59,633 nucleotides of DNA from a virus. The position numbers and the translations under genes are program-made. Position 1 is the first letter of the stretch. Every line of letters begins with the position of its first letter. Shown piece after piece: positions 53,347 through 59,633 of the stretch. The notes beneath the pieces are model-generated. The model was not told where the DNA came from. It made no database searches and saw only the letters and a list, made by a program, of their open reading frames with translations. The DNA lies in IMG/VR virus record IMGVR_UViG_3300025324_000002, positions 1 to 59,633 of that record; one strand, written 5' to 3'.

Positions 53347-53609
53347 GCACCGGAATGGTAATTTGTAGCAAGTGCTTGAGGGAAGTGCATCAAGATCTCG
53401 TTGACCATACTTGGTATCATTGCGAGGATGCAACGCCACGGTGCGACGGCGCCGATTCTGTTTATCCACTCATGGGGCACGTTAAGGGCTATTGGTGCGG
53501 GAGAGATGGGAATCCCGGTGGTCCCAGCTATTGCGAATATTGCGGAGCACTTGTACCGGACGGCGGTTCTTTTTGTGATCCATATTGTACGGACTTGGGG
53601 CAAAGATGA
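53343..53609 (+). CDS. Cys-rich protein
   Basis: ATGA overlap; CSKC...CEYC...C..C. Confidence 0.45.
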   Translation: MSTGMVICSKCLREVHQDLVDHTWYHCEDATPRCDGADSVYPLMGHVKGYWCGRDGNPGGPSYCEYCGALVPDGGSFCDPYCTDLGQR

Positions 53610-53833
53610 GCGCCCCGTATCCGGTAAACATGCCGGGAGAAAACATGAGCGGCTTCGATGTTTGTGTAAAACGAAAAGGTATTCTCTATTGGTGTTTCCT
53701 TTCAGTCACCGGCATTAAATGCGGCGCTTGCAAACGTGGGAGAATTAGAACGCCATGGCTAGGATATATCTGCAAGGTTTGTGGGGCTGAAGTGATTCAC
53801 AATAGGGAATCAATCAAAGGTTGCGCACGTTAA
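53606..53833 (+). CDS. Cys-rich protein
   Basis: ATGA overlap; CGAC...CKVC. Confidence 0.45.
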   Translation: MSAPYPVNMPGENMSGFDVCVKRKGILYWCFLSVTGIKCGACKRGRIRTPWLGYICKVCGAEVIHNRESIKGCAR

Positions 53834-54069
53834 TCTTTGGGAGTATCGGAGTCCAAAAGGAAATACGATGTTTGCTCGGTAGCAGCGAGGAGATCGTTGA
53901 TTTGCTGCAAGACCTTTTCGGGATAGTTCGGCTGCACGATATTAGGCATGAGATTATCGGCAACCACCTTGCCAAGGATGGGAATTACCAATTTAAGAGC
54001 GTTGCGCATCGCTTCGTTTCGTGTTTCTAACTTATAAATTTGCTCATCTATGGCGGTTGCTAGTTTCAT
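53830..54069 (-). CDS. hypothetical protein (last gene of the leftward operon)
   Basis: AAGGAGAATGACCATG initiation region, identical to that at 56676; its stop shares TTAA with the convergent gene. Confidence 0.5.
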   Translation of the reverse strand: MKLATAIDEQIYKLETRNEAMRNALKLVIPILGKVVADNLMPNIVQPNYPEKVLQQINDLLAATEQTSYFLLDSDTPKD

Positions 54070-54112
54070 GGTCATTCTCCTTTAACTCACGCTCCACTTA
54101 TAGTTAAAATAG

Positions 54113-54274
54113 TCACTGTCGTTGGGGTGCCATTTTATCCTCAGTACAGGCTTTGCACCACACTGCTATCGGCGACTGTTTTCGTTGACACCTGCCGTTA
54201 TGTCCCACCGCGCACTGCGGGTTTACGCAGACACAGCGTAGCAGGCCATATTTGTTTTTATTTTTGCGATTCAT
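54113..54274 (-). CDS. small zinc-ribbon protein
   Basis: 53 aa; AAGGAG RBS; CVC..C...C...CKAC. Confidence 0.45.
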   Translation of the reverse strand: MNRKNKNKYGLLRCVCVNPQCAVGHNGRCQRKQSPIAVWCKACTEDKMAPQRQ

Positions 54275-54276
54275 GA

Positions 54277-54729
54277 TTAGGACTCCTTGGCTTGTGCGAT
54301 CGCGGCGCGGGCCTGTCCTTGTGCGCAATCACAAGGTATTACGTGGCAATATTTATCATGCACGGGCATAGGTGACAGAAGCCGTTTCAGCGCCTCCAGC
54401 ATCGCCGCGTTGTCGCGGGCGAGCTTGGCATTGTCGGCCTTAAGGCTTATATTCTCGGCAGTAAGTACGTCTAGTTTTGCCATCGCCATCCCCGGCGAAA
54501 TCTCCCAGGCATGCATCTCCAATTCTGCTGTTAGTCGTTCGTTGTCGCGGGCGAGCTTGGCGTGGGAGTTGAATCGGTTTACGATATCATCAGCCGTCCA
54601 GTCACTGCTAATATTACATGCTACGGTTATCTCTCTTGCGTTGGTCACGTCATGCCAGTGGAGATCGATTCGAGATCCGTTTTGAACTTTAAAAATAGGA
54701 CCATCTATATAGGTGTGTTTCGTTGTCAT
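54277..54729 (-). CDS. hypothetical coiled-coil protein
   Basis: 150 aa from MTTKHTY; GGGAGGAGAGG RBS; the C-terminus lies in the 35-bp repeat. Confidence 0.5.
   Translation of the reverse strand: MTTKHTYIDGPIFKVQNGSRIDLHWHDVTNAREITVACNISSDWTADDIVNRFNSHAKLARDNERLTAELEMHAWEISPGMAMAKLDVLTAENISLKADNAKLARDNAAMLEALKRLLSPMPVHDKYCHVIPCDCAQGQARAAIAQAKES
54298..54332 (-). repeat. 35-bp junction repeat, copy 1
   Basis: GATCGYGGCGCGGGCCTGTCCTTGTGCGCAATCAC; 34/35 identical to 54755..54789. Confidence 0.9.
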
Positions 54730-54754
54730 GTCATTCCTCTCCTCCCGCTTGTTT

Positions 54755-54789
54755 GATCGTGGCGCGGGCCTGTCCTTGTGCGCAATCAC
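54755..54789 (-). repeat. 35-bp junction repeat, copy 2 (relic C-terminal coding)
   Basis: Lies between the stop at 54803 and the start at 54729. Confidence 0.9.
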
Positions 54790-54802
54790 TGTGTCCTCCG
54801 TT

Positions 54803-54952
54803 TCAATCCGTCAAATCCTCGTCATCCTCGCCGTCCCCGTCATCATCGTCCGGCTCGAGCCGCTCGAGCCGATACAGCCGCGCTTGCTCGGCGGCAATCT
54901 CGGCCTCGGTGTACAGGCCGTATTTGCCGTTTATGGTGTAGGGGCGTGTCAT
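54803..54952 (-). CDS. small acidic protein
   Basis: 49 aa, below the cutoff; GGAGAAACGATAATG RBS; DDDDGDGEDDED tail. Confidence 0.4.
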   Translation of the reverse strand: MTRPYTINGKYGLYTEAEIAAEQARLYRLERLEPDDDDGDGEDDEDLTD

Positions 54953-55062
54953 TATCGTTTCTCCTTTTCAGTTTGGTTAGTGCTCGCCTTGACGGAGCGA
55001 GCCCGAGGCTGGCGTGCCACCGTTCGCCACGGCCCGGAGTGGGCCGGAGAGAATTAAGCCGG

Positions 55063-55473
55063 TTACGAAACGCTCCATTTGTAATTAAAATAATCGCTCT
55101 GCAGGTCGCTCCGGTCGTCGTGGTTAGGAAATGCACGGAGCAGAACGGTTTCTAACTTTTTCGCTGCACTCCAATGGGTTTGATTGCGAATCTTGGCCGG
55201 CACGTTGTCGGGCATATCGGCAAAGGATTGCCCGCGGTAGTCAACGCCGTTGTAGAAATATTCGGAATCATGGCCCATATAGCCGGGGATTTTGACATCC
55301 ACAGCCTGCGCCATGCTGTAGTTAGGCGCCGTCACGCTGACACCCTTGATGCCGAGCCTCTTGAATAGCTCGCGGCAGAGCTTGGCTTGCTCCTTGCGCC
55401 GGATAGAGCGGTCGGTTGACATGACAGGAACCTTGTCCAGGTTCACGCTAAAAATTTGAGTTAGAGTTTCCAT
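55063..55473 (-). CDS. conserved phage protein
   Basis: 136 aa from METLTQ; GGGAGGATAACATG. Confidence 0.5.
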   Translation of the reverse strand: METLTQIFSVNLDKVPVMSTDRSIRRKEQAKLCRELFKRLGIKGVSVTAPNYSMAQAVDVKIPGYMGHDSEYFYNGVDYRGQSFADMPDNVPAKIRNQTHWSAAKKLETVLLRAFPNHDDRSDLQSDYFNYKWSVS

Positions 55474-55516
55474 GTTATCCTCCCGCCCGGCAGCCACGCC
55501 GGGCTTTGTTTTGGGT

Positions 55517-56044
55517 TTAGTCTATTACCGTGTCATAGTTGGATCTCAACCCGCTTTCAGGGCTAAAGGTCATACTCAGGACAAATCCCTGTTCGATGAA
55601 TTTCAACGCCTGCTCATAGGTTGGTTTTGGGCTGATATCCCTGTAGCCGTGTTGATATGCAAAATCGCCATTTTCCGACAGATAGCGAGCAAGCTCTTGT
55701 TTTGTTGCAAACGGCGGGCTGACTGGTGTTCCCTCAGTTACGGTTTCATAGATCTGAAACCATGTTGGTTCGACGGCGAAATTTGGTCGATAAGATTCCC
55801 TATCGGGCGGGTTGCCATCCTGTTCCCAGTAGTATTTACACGTAGCCGGGTTTTCGCCCATTTGGTCCTCATGTTCACCTTTAGCCCACCGGATGCAGCT
55901 GTCAACCCACTGATTCGCGACTGTTTCATAGTCCCGGTCGTGCATCGGAATATATTCGCCGACCAAATTTGATTGTGGAGCATTATCCTTCGCATAGCAT
56001 GGATGTTTCCAGTTGGGTGGCACCATTCTTATTTCCCGTCCCAT
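55517..56044 (-). CDS. conserved phage protein
   Basis: 175 aa; MVPPNWKHP...YETVTEGTPVSP pattern recurs in phages. Confidence 0.55.
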   Translation of the reverse strand: MGREIRMVPPNWKHPCYAKDNAPQSNLVGEYIPMHDRDYETVANQWVDSCIRWAKGEHEDQMGENPATCKYYWEQDGNPPDRESYRPNFAVEPTWFQIYETVTEGTPVSPPFATKQELARYLSENGDFAYQHGYRDISPKPTYEQALKFIEQGFVLSMTFSPESGLRSNYDTVID

Positions 56045-56155
56045 TGTTTTTTTCCTTTCCTACGCACCTGCCACGGCGCGCTCGTTTTGGCCCGTCGTGG
56101 GGCGATATCGTTAGCCGGACATGGAGTTGAATTTTTTATCTAACCGTTTTCCTTC

Positions 56156-56183
56156 CCTCCATGTTCTGCGCCAGTCCGTTCAC
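56156..56183 (-). repeat. junction motif B, copy 1
   Basis: Minus-sense GTGAACGGACTGGCGCAGAACATGGAGG; the ATG here opens only an 8-codon ORF. Confidence 0.85.
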
Positions 56184-56192
56184 ATCCGCCTG

Positions 56193-56450
56193 CTATGACC
56201 CATAGCGCGCTATTCGCGCTTCTGTTCTCTCTCGCCGCAATTGCGTTTTAATTTCATCAGGAGTTAATCCGCGCTGTCTTATGCGGTCTAGTGCCGCTTT
56301 GAATTCGCTCGCCGTTGGTTGCCACTGAGGGTGGCAGCTAGTCTGGATCATTTTTCTTTCTAAACACGTCCGGCATTTTGGTACTTCCGTCTCTATGGCT
56401 TTTAACGCATGATATTCATGCGCTTCTTGGTTAAAAGATTGATATGACAT
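56193..56450 (-). CDS. hypothetical protein
   Basis: 85 aa; preceded by motif A. Confidence 0.5.
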   Translation of the reverse strand: MSYQSFNQEAHEYHALKAIETEVPKCRTCLERKMIQTSCHPQWQPTASEFKAALDRIRQRGLTPDEIKTQLRRERTEARIARYGS

Positions 56451-56457
56451 TTTAATT

Positions 56458-56484
56458 CCCTCCAGGTTGCAGAGTTAGGGGTTA
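56458..56484 (-). repeat. junction motif A, copy 1
   Basis: Minus-sense TAACCCCTAACTCTGCAACCTGGAGGG. Confidence 0.85.
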
Positions 56485-56676
56485 CATCAATCGGCGCCAT
56501 TCTTCGCCAGCCTTGAGAAACTCGTCATGACCTGCGATCTTTGCTCCTTCTGGCTGGTAGCGTTTATCGCCGGCCTGCTTGCCAAAGGCTGCTTTTAGAT
56601 TTGCAGACCATGCGTGATCAGCGGCTAAAAATCGCTGGTACGCCTCGGTCACTAGCTCCTTTTTAGTTTTCTCCAT
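56482..56676 (-). CDS. hypothetical protein
   Basis: 64 aa from MEKTKKEL; AAGGAGAATGACCATG. Confidence 0.5.
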   Translation of the reverse strand: MEKTKKELVTEAYQRFLAADHAWSANLKAAFGKQAGDKRYQPEGAKIAGHDEFLKAGEEWRRLM

Positions 56677-56696
56677 GGTCATTCTCCTTGTCTTAG

Positions 56697-56714
56697 TTCC
56701 CTCACGTCCGGGGC
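56697..56714 (-). repeat. junction motif C, copy 1
   Basis: Minus-sense GCCCCGGACGTGAGGGAA; encodes the C-terminus ..PRT* of 56702..56848. Confidence 0.85.
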
Positions 56715-56848
56715 TCTGACGGGCATTTAGGGCATGTACATTTATCGCAATGCCAGGTTGAGCCATGCTCGATGATCGGGTCTCCGCGTACTAGATAAGT
56801 CCGGCACACGGGACAATTTTCGTTACTCGTCAGTCTTAAAGGTGTCAT
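56702..56848 (-). CDS. micro zinc-ribbon protein
   Basis: 48 aa, below the cutoff; CPVC...CDKCTCPKC. Confidence 0.45.
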   Translation of the reverse strand: MTPLRLTSNENCPVCRTYLVRGDPIIEHGSTWHCDKCTCPKCPSEPRT

Positions 56849-56864
56849 GGTTTTTCCTGCTCAT

Positions 56865-56882
56865 TTCCCTCACGTCCGGGGC
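56865..56882 (-). repeat. junction motif C, copy 2 (non-coding here)
   Basis: Identical 18-mer, upstream of the start at 56848. Confidence 0.85.
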
Positions 56883-56908
56883 CTGCTGCCAGGCCCGAGG
56901 GTCGGGGA

Positions 56909-57079
56909 CTAGATGGGCCTTACCGCGGCGTCGGCAGCTTCCCCAGTCCAGCGATTACCTGAACTGTGAGCACCAGCCTCGACGCAGCGCTCTAATTCTC
57001 TTTTGTGCGCGTTACAGGCGTTGCCGTGTTTTGCTGTTGTCCACTTTGCCTCGTTGTCGCACCAGTTGCATGTTTTCAT
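56909..57079 (-). CDS. micro zinc-ribbon protein
   Basis: 56 aa; CNWC...C..H; CTGGAGGAACGACCATG RBS. Confidence 0.45.
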   Translation of the reverse strand: MKTCNWCDNEAKWTTAKHGNACNAHKRELERCVEAGAHSSGNRWTGEAADAAVRPI

Positions 57080-57086
57080 GGTCGTT

Positions 57087-57112
57087 CCTCCAGGGTTCGG
57101 AGTTAGGGGTTA
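57087..57112 (-). repeat. junction motif A, copy 2
   Basis: Minus-sense TAACCCCTAACTCCGAACCCTGGAGG. Confidence 0.85.
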
Positions 57113-57259
57113 GGTCGCTTTTAGGGCAGTCTTAGCTTTTAGCATTTGCCGCCAAATAATTTCAGGGACCTTTGTCCCGCCGAGATCTTCGACCACGCCG
57201 ACAAATTCGATCAATACGCGTCTGAGCTTTTCTATTTCTATCGTGAGCTCGTTTTCCAT
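57110..57259 (-). CDS. micro helical protein
   Basis: 49 aa; TAGGAGTATAAAATG; its stop lies in motif A. Confidence 0.4.
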   Translation of the reverse strand: MENELTIEIEKLRRVLIEFVGVVEDLGGTKVPEIIWRQMLKAKTALKAT

Positions 57260-57268
57260 TTTATACTC

Positions 57269-57409
57269 CTATTTTTTTGACTGCTGTTTGCATTCTTTAC
57301 ACTTGATTGTAATTGTAACTAGATCGGGGGTTACGGATACAACACTATGATCTGTTATCGCGCCGTCGCATTTCTCAGAGTGGCAACGGCAGTAAAAATG
57401 GTCAAACAT
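57269..57409 (-). CDS. micro zinc-ribbon protein
   Basis: 46 aa from MFDHFYCRCH...CKEC; the start lies in motif B. Confidence 0.45.
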   Translation of the reverse strand: MFDHFYCRCHSEKCDGAITDHSVVSVTPDLVTITIKCKECKQQSKK

Positions 57410-57413
57410 TTGT

Positions 57414-57441
57414 CCTCCAGGTTTTGCGCCAGTCCGTTCAC
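57414..57441 (-). repeat. junction motif B, copy 2
   Basis: Minus-sense GTGAACGGACTGGCGCAAAACCTGGAGG. Confidence 0.85.
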
Positions 57442-57473
57442 GTCTGCCCCCAGCCGGGGGCAGGGTCAGGGGA

Positions 57474-57641
57474 CTAGGCTTTTCGCTTGCCGCCGGCCAC
57501 GGTGGCGAACTCATATCCGCTAGGCCGGGCAGGCGGAGTTATGATCTCTACCGCTGGGTCCAGGCAAACCCAGTGCCGATCAGATAGCGGCACTGGGGGA
57601 TTGTCGTTGTTTGCCTGTTTGCAAACTGGACATATTTTCAT
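57474..57641 (-). CDS. micro zinc-ribbon-like protein
   Basis: 55 aa; MKICPVCKQ...; AAGGAGGATGACAATG. Confidence 0.45.
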   Translation of the reverse strand: MKICPVCKQANNDNPPVPLSDRHWVCLDPAVEIITPPARPSGYEFATVAGGKRKA

Positions 57642-57647
57642 TGTCAT

Positions 57648-57674
57648 CCTCCTTGGTTGCGGAGTTAGGGGTTA
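57648..57674 (-). repeat. junction motif A, copy 3
   Basis: Minus-sense TAACCCCTAACTCCGCAACCAAGGAGG. Confidence 0.85.
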
Positions 57675-57806
57675 ATTCGCTCGCCCGTCTTTCTTTGCTG
57701 ATTTTAAACAGGCAGCGCAAACAGGTTCCGGCGTACCGCCGTGAAAAACGAAATTTTCTCCGTTACAGTTTTTGCCGCATTCTGAACACTGTTCGTATTT
57801 TTTCAT
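57672..57806 (-). CDS. micro zinc-ribbon protein
   Basis: 44 aa; CSEC...CAAC; AAGGAGGATAACATG. Confidence 0.45.
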   Translation of the reverse strand: MKKYEQCSECGKNCNGENFVFHGGTPEPVCAACLKSAKKDGRAN

Positions 57807-57811
57807 GTTAT

Positions 57812-57832
57812 CCTCCTTGGTTGCTGAGTTAA
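57812..57832 (-). repeat. junction motif A, partial copy 4
   Basis: Minus-sense TTAACTCAGCAACCAAGGAGG. Confidence 0.7.
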
Positions 57833-57861
57833 TCTTTAGCTAATTCAATACTCAAAAAAAA

Positions 57862-58038
57862 CTACGCTGCGTGTTCGGTCAAAACTTTATCAACTGCGAG
57901 CTGTACCACGAGGGGGATTTCTTTGTTGCCACGCTCGTAATTGCTCAGTGTGACCGGGTGCACTTCTATAAGCTTTCCGAGCTGCGCTTGTGTGAGCCCG
58001 GCTTGCTCGCGTCTGGTTTTCAACTCGATTGCGTTCAT
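57862..58038 (-). CDS. XRE-family HTH regulator
   Basis: 58 aa; LKTRREQAGLTQAQLGKLIEVHPVTLSNYERG; ATGA overlap with the upstream gene. Confidence 0.7.
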   Translation of the reverse strand: MNAIELKTRREQAGLTQAQLGKLIEVHPVTLSNYERGNKEIPLVVQLAVDKVLTEHAA

Positions 58039-58232
58039 GCGTGGCAATCCCTTGCGCAGTCTTGGCACACGTTAAACGTGCCGTAAGCTGTTTTGACGAC
58101 TTGGATATATGCAGGTGTGAACTGTCGGCCATATTGATGACCTGGATTGCCGTTTGGTGTGCGCTTAGCTGATTCCATGTGTGCGATGTGCTCGCACTGG
58201 CATTGCGGAGAATCTATTTTTTTTGCGTTCAT
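58035..58232 (-). CDS. small Cys/His-rich protein (first gene of the leftward operon)
   Basis: 65 aa; CQCEH...CQDCARDCH. Confidence 0.5.
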   Translation of the reverse strand: MNAKKIDSPQCQCEHIAHMESAKRTPNGNPGHQYGRQFTPAYIQVVKTAYGTFNVCQDCARDCHA

Positions 58233-58284
58233 AATTTTCTTGACCCTCTACCCTATTAAGGTGAGAAAATCGTGCCAAGCAATC

Positions 58285-58299
58285 GTCAACCAAGTTGAC
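58285..58299. promoter_or_regulatory. dyad GTCAAC-CAA-GTTGAC upstream of the leftward operon (candidate operator)
   Basis: Perfect 6-3-6 palindrome; minus-sense TTGACT-18 nt-CACTAT just upstream. Confidence 0.4.
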
Positions 58300-58406
58300 A
58301 TAGTGAGTGAATTCATGCAGTTGAGTCAAAAACTATTTTAGCGTGAGGCTAAAAATACATATTTAGTCGTATGCTAAATTGGGCGCCTGGTGTGCATATA
58401 GTTTAC

Positions 58407-58423
58407 GTGCCGATATTTCGGCA
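58407..58423. repeat. GTGCCGATATTTCGGCA dyad, copy 1
   Basis: Identical 17-mer at 58436..58452. Confidence 0.9.
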
Positions 58424-58424
58424 G

Positions 58425-58461
58425 GGGGTCCACAGGTGCCGATATTTCGGCACTTGACCCC
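58425..58461. repeat. nested hairpin: GGGGGTC...GACCCCC enclosing dyad copy 2
   Basis: 7-bp outer arms around GTGCCGATATTTCGGCAC. Confidence 0.8.
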
Positions 58462-58808
58462 CGAGGGTAAGTAGCGCAAAAATAAGCCGATCGGACGGTC
58501 AAAGCCGATTCCGCTTGACAGATTCTGCCGAGTCTGTTTTAAGATGTTTCTACCGTCCTGAAATGCTACTCTCAAAGCCCAATTAAGATTGACGGCTTCA
58601 ACCTTGACGATAGTTTGATAGCGTAGCGGCTGTCTATGTGTGGCGCCTACCATCGCTAGTGTCTCATCGGCTTATCATCACTACCGCTTGACATCGGACA
58701 AAATTGGGAGTAAGGACAGAATTGTGCTAAGTCCAGGGTGTCGATTCCTCCTTCGCGGTAATGGCCGGTATCTCAGCAATGAGGTGCCGGCCTTGCTGTT
58801 TAAAGACC

Positions 58809-58994
58809 ATGAGTATCACGGCAATCAACTATCATGATCGTATCCTACCCGGCTCCAAGTGTCCGGTGTGCGGCACGATCGTATTTCCGCCGCGGCGGGT
58901 TGCTCACTGTATTAGGCGTCATCGACTCAAAATGCTGGCGCTACGAGCTTACATCGCACCGGTTAAAGCGTGGCTGGAAAGGGCTAGGCTGTAG
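58809..58994 (+). CDS. small zinc-finger protein (candidate late activator)
   Basis: 61 aa; CPVC...HCIRRH; just upstream of the packaging operon. Confidence 0.4.
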   Translation: MSITAINYHDRILPGSKCPVCGTIVFPPRRVAHCIRRHRLKMLALRAYIAPVKAWLERARL

Positions 58995-59010
58995 TTGCGA
59001 AATATCGCAA
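58995..59010. repeat. dyad TTGCGAAATATCGCAA (same CGATATTTCG core, inverted)
   Basis: Its reverse complement shares the 10-nt core with the 58407 and 58436 copies. Confidence 0.7.
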
Positions 59011-59024
59011 CATTGCATTTTGCA
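59010..59024. repeat. ACATTGCATTTTGCA, copy 1 (TTGCA-N3-TGCA dyad)
   Basis: Identical 15-mer at 59045..59059. Confidence 0.9.
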
Positions 59025-59042
59025 CGATAGTTAATGTATTAA
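59013..59042 (+). promoter_or_regulatory. candidate packaging/late operon promoter
   Basis: TTGCAT-18 nt-TATTAA; the two dyads overlap the -35 box and the +1 position. Confidence 0.4.
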
Positions 59043-59044
59043 GT

Positions 59045-59059
59045 ACATTGCATTTTGCA
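59045..59059. repeat. ACATTGCATTTTGCA, copy 2
   Basis: 35 bp after copy 1. Confidence 0.9.
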
Positions 59060-59084
59060 ATAATGGTTCAACGGAGATCAACCG

Positions 59085-59378
59085 ATGCCGAAGCTGCTAT
59101 TTGAAAAGGGAAACAAACTGGGAAAGGGTGGAAAGAGGGAAGGTGCCGGAGATAAGCCCAAAGCAGTTAAGCTTGCAATGGAGCAATATAAGCTCGCGCT
59201 GGAAAAAGCGATCACCGACAATCAGGCTAAATTAGCCAAAGCATACGCGCTATTTGCGGAGACCGATGCTGCGACAGCGAGGGATTTAGCAGCTAAGGTA
59301 TTACCCGCCGCCAAGCAGGAAATTGAGCTCTCCGGTAAGCTTAAGGTCGTCAAAGTAGATGCGTTCGATCCGGAGTAA
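59085..59378 (+). CDS. putative terminase small subunit (DUF5681-like N-terminus)
   Basis: 97 aa; FEKGNKLGKGGKREGAGDKPK; first gene of the block that continues across the junction to TerL. Confidence 0.4.
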   Translation: MPKLLFEKGNKLGKGGKREGAGDKPKAVKLAMEQYKLALEKAITDNQAKLAKAYALFAETDAATARDLAAKVLPAAKQEIELSGKLKVVKVDAFDPE

Positions 59379-59534
59379 TGGCACAATTAAAATGCCGTTC
59401 GGCGTAATCAAACTGACTTATCCACAGTCAACACGGTTCACATTCTGTTTGTTATCAGATAGTTAATGCAAGGTATGATAATAAACATTATGTAAATGTT
59501 TAATGATTCTGCTAGGTTACAGTGCCTAAAGCCT

Positions 59535-59633
59535 ATGCAATGTGGTGACCTAATTATCTAAGGTGCGGGCGTTAACAGTGTTGACCGTAAATAAAACGAT
59601 GATCGAGTTAATAGCGATGGAATCGGTCGCCGT
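59535..59633. repeat. 99-bp terminal direct repeat, copy 2
   Basis: Identical to 1..99. Confidence 0.95.

Noticed and set aside
58363-58653. 96-aa minus-strand ORF in the control region
   Set aside because: It contains the duplicated 17-bp dyads and the nested hairpin, has no SD, and shows no family resemblance. I treat it as non-coding, though a small regulator cannot be excluded.

Overview
The window is a complete tailed dsDNA phage genome that closes on itself. Its first 99 bp (1..99) are identical to its last 99 bp (59535..59633), so the unique length is 59,534 bp. There are four transcription blocks. (1) A long + strand packaging, virion and lysis block runs from 59085 across the junction to 33409. 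It holds a small-terminase-like ORF, TerL, portal, scaffold, an N4-gp56-type major capsid protein, a GT-A glycosyltransferase, tail and fibre genes, a 1746-aa HEXXH protein, signal-peptide beta-helix proteins, lipoproteins and an SLT-like endolysin. (2) A short - strand XRE repressor-like pair lies at 34791..33917. (3) A + strand early, recombination and replication block spans 34858..53833. It holds a Cas4-like exonuclease, RNA ligase, a DNA methyltransferase with three SPPF motifs, an O-like initiator with internal iterons, an HNH nuclease and a RuvC-like resolvase. (4) A convergent - strand operon (58232..53830) opens with an XRE HTH and carries many 44-85 aa zinc-ribbon genes. I found no DNA polymerase, helicase, primase, integrase, tRNA or CRISPR array. 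The most unusual features are a 100-bp-periodic hairpin-plus-promoter locus (33525..33811, candidate tandem sRNAs) and short conserved junction repeats that bracket single-gene cassettes. The triplicated methyltransferase motif, the capsid-module glycosyltransferase and the Sec-signal beta-helix pair also stand out. All functional calls come from reading motifs by eye, with no searches run.
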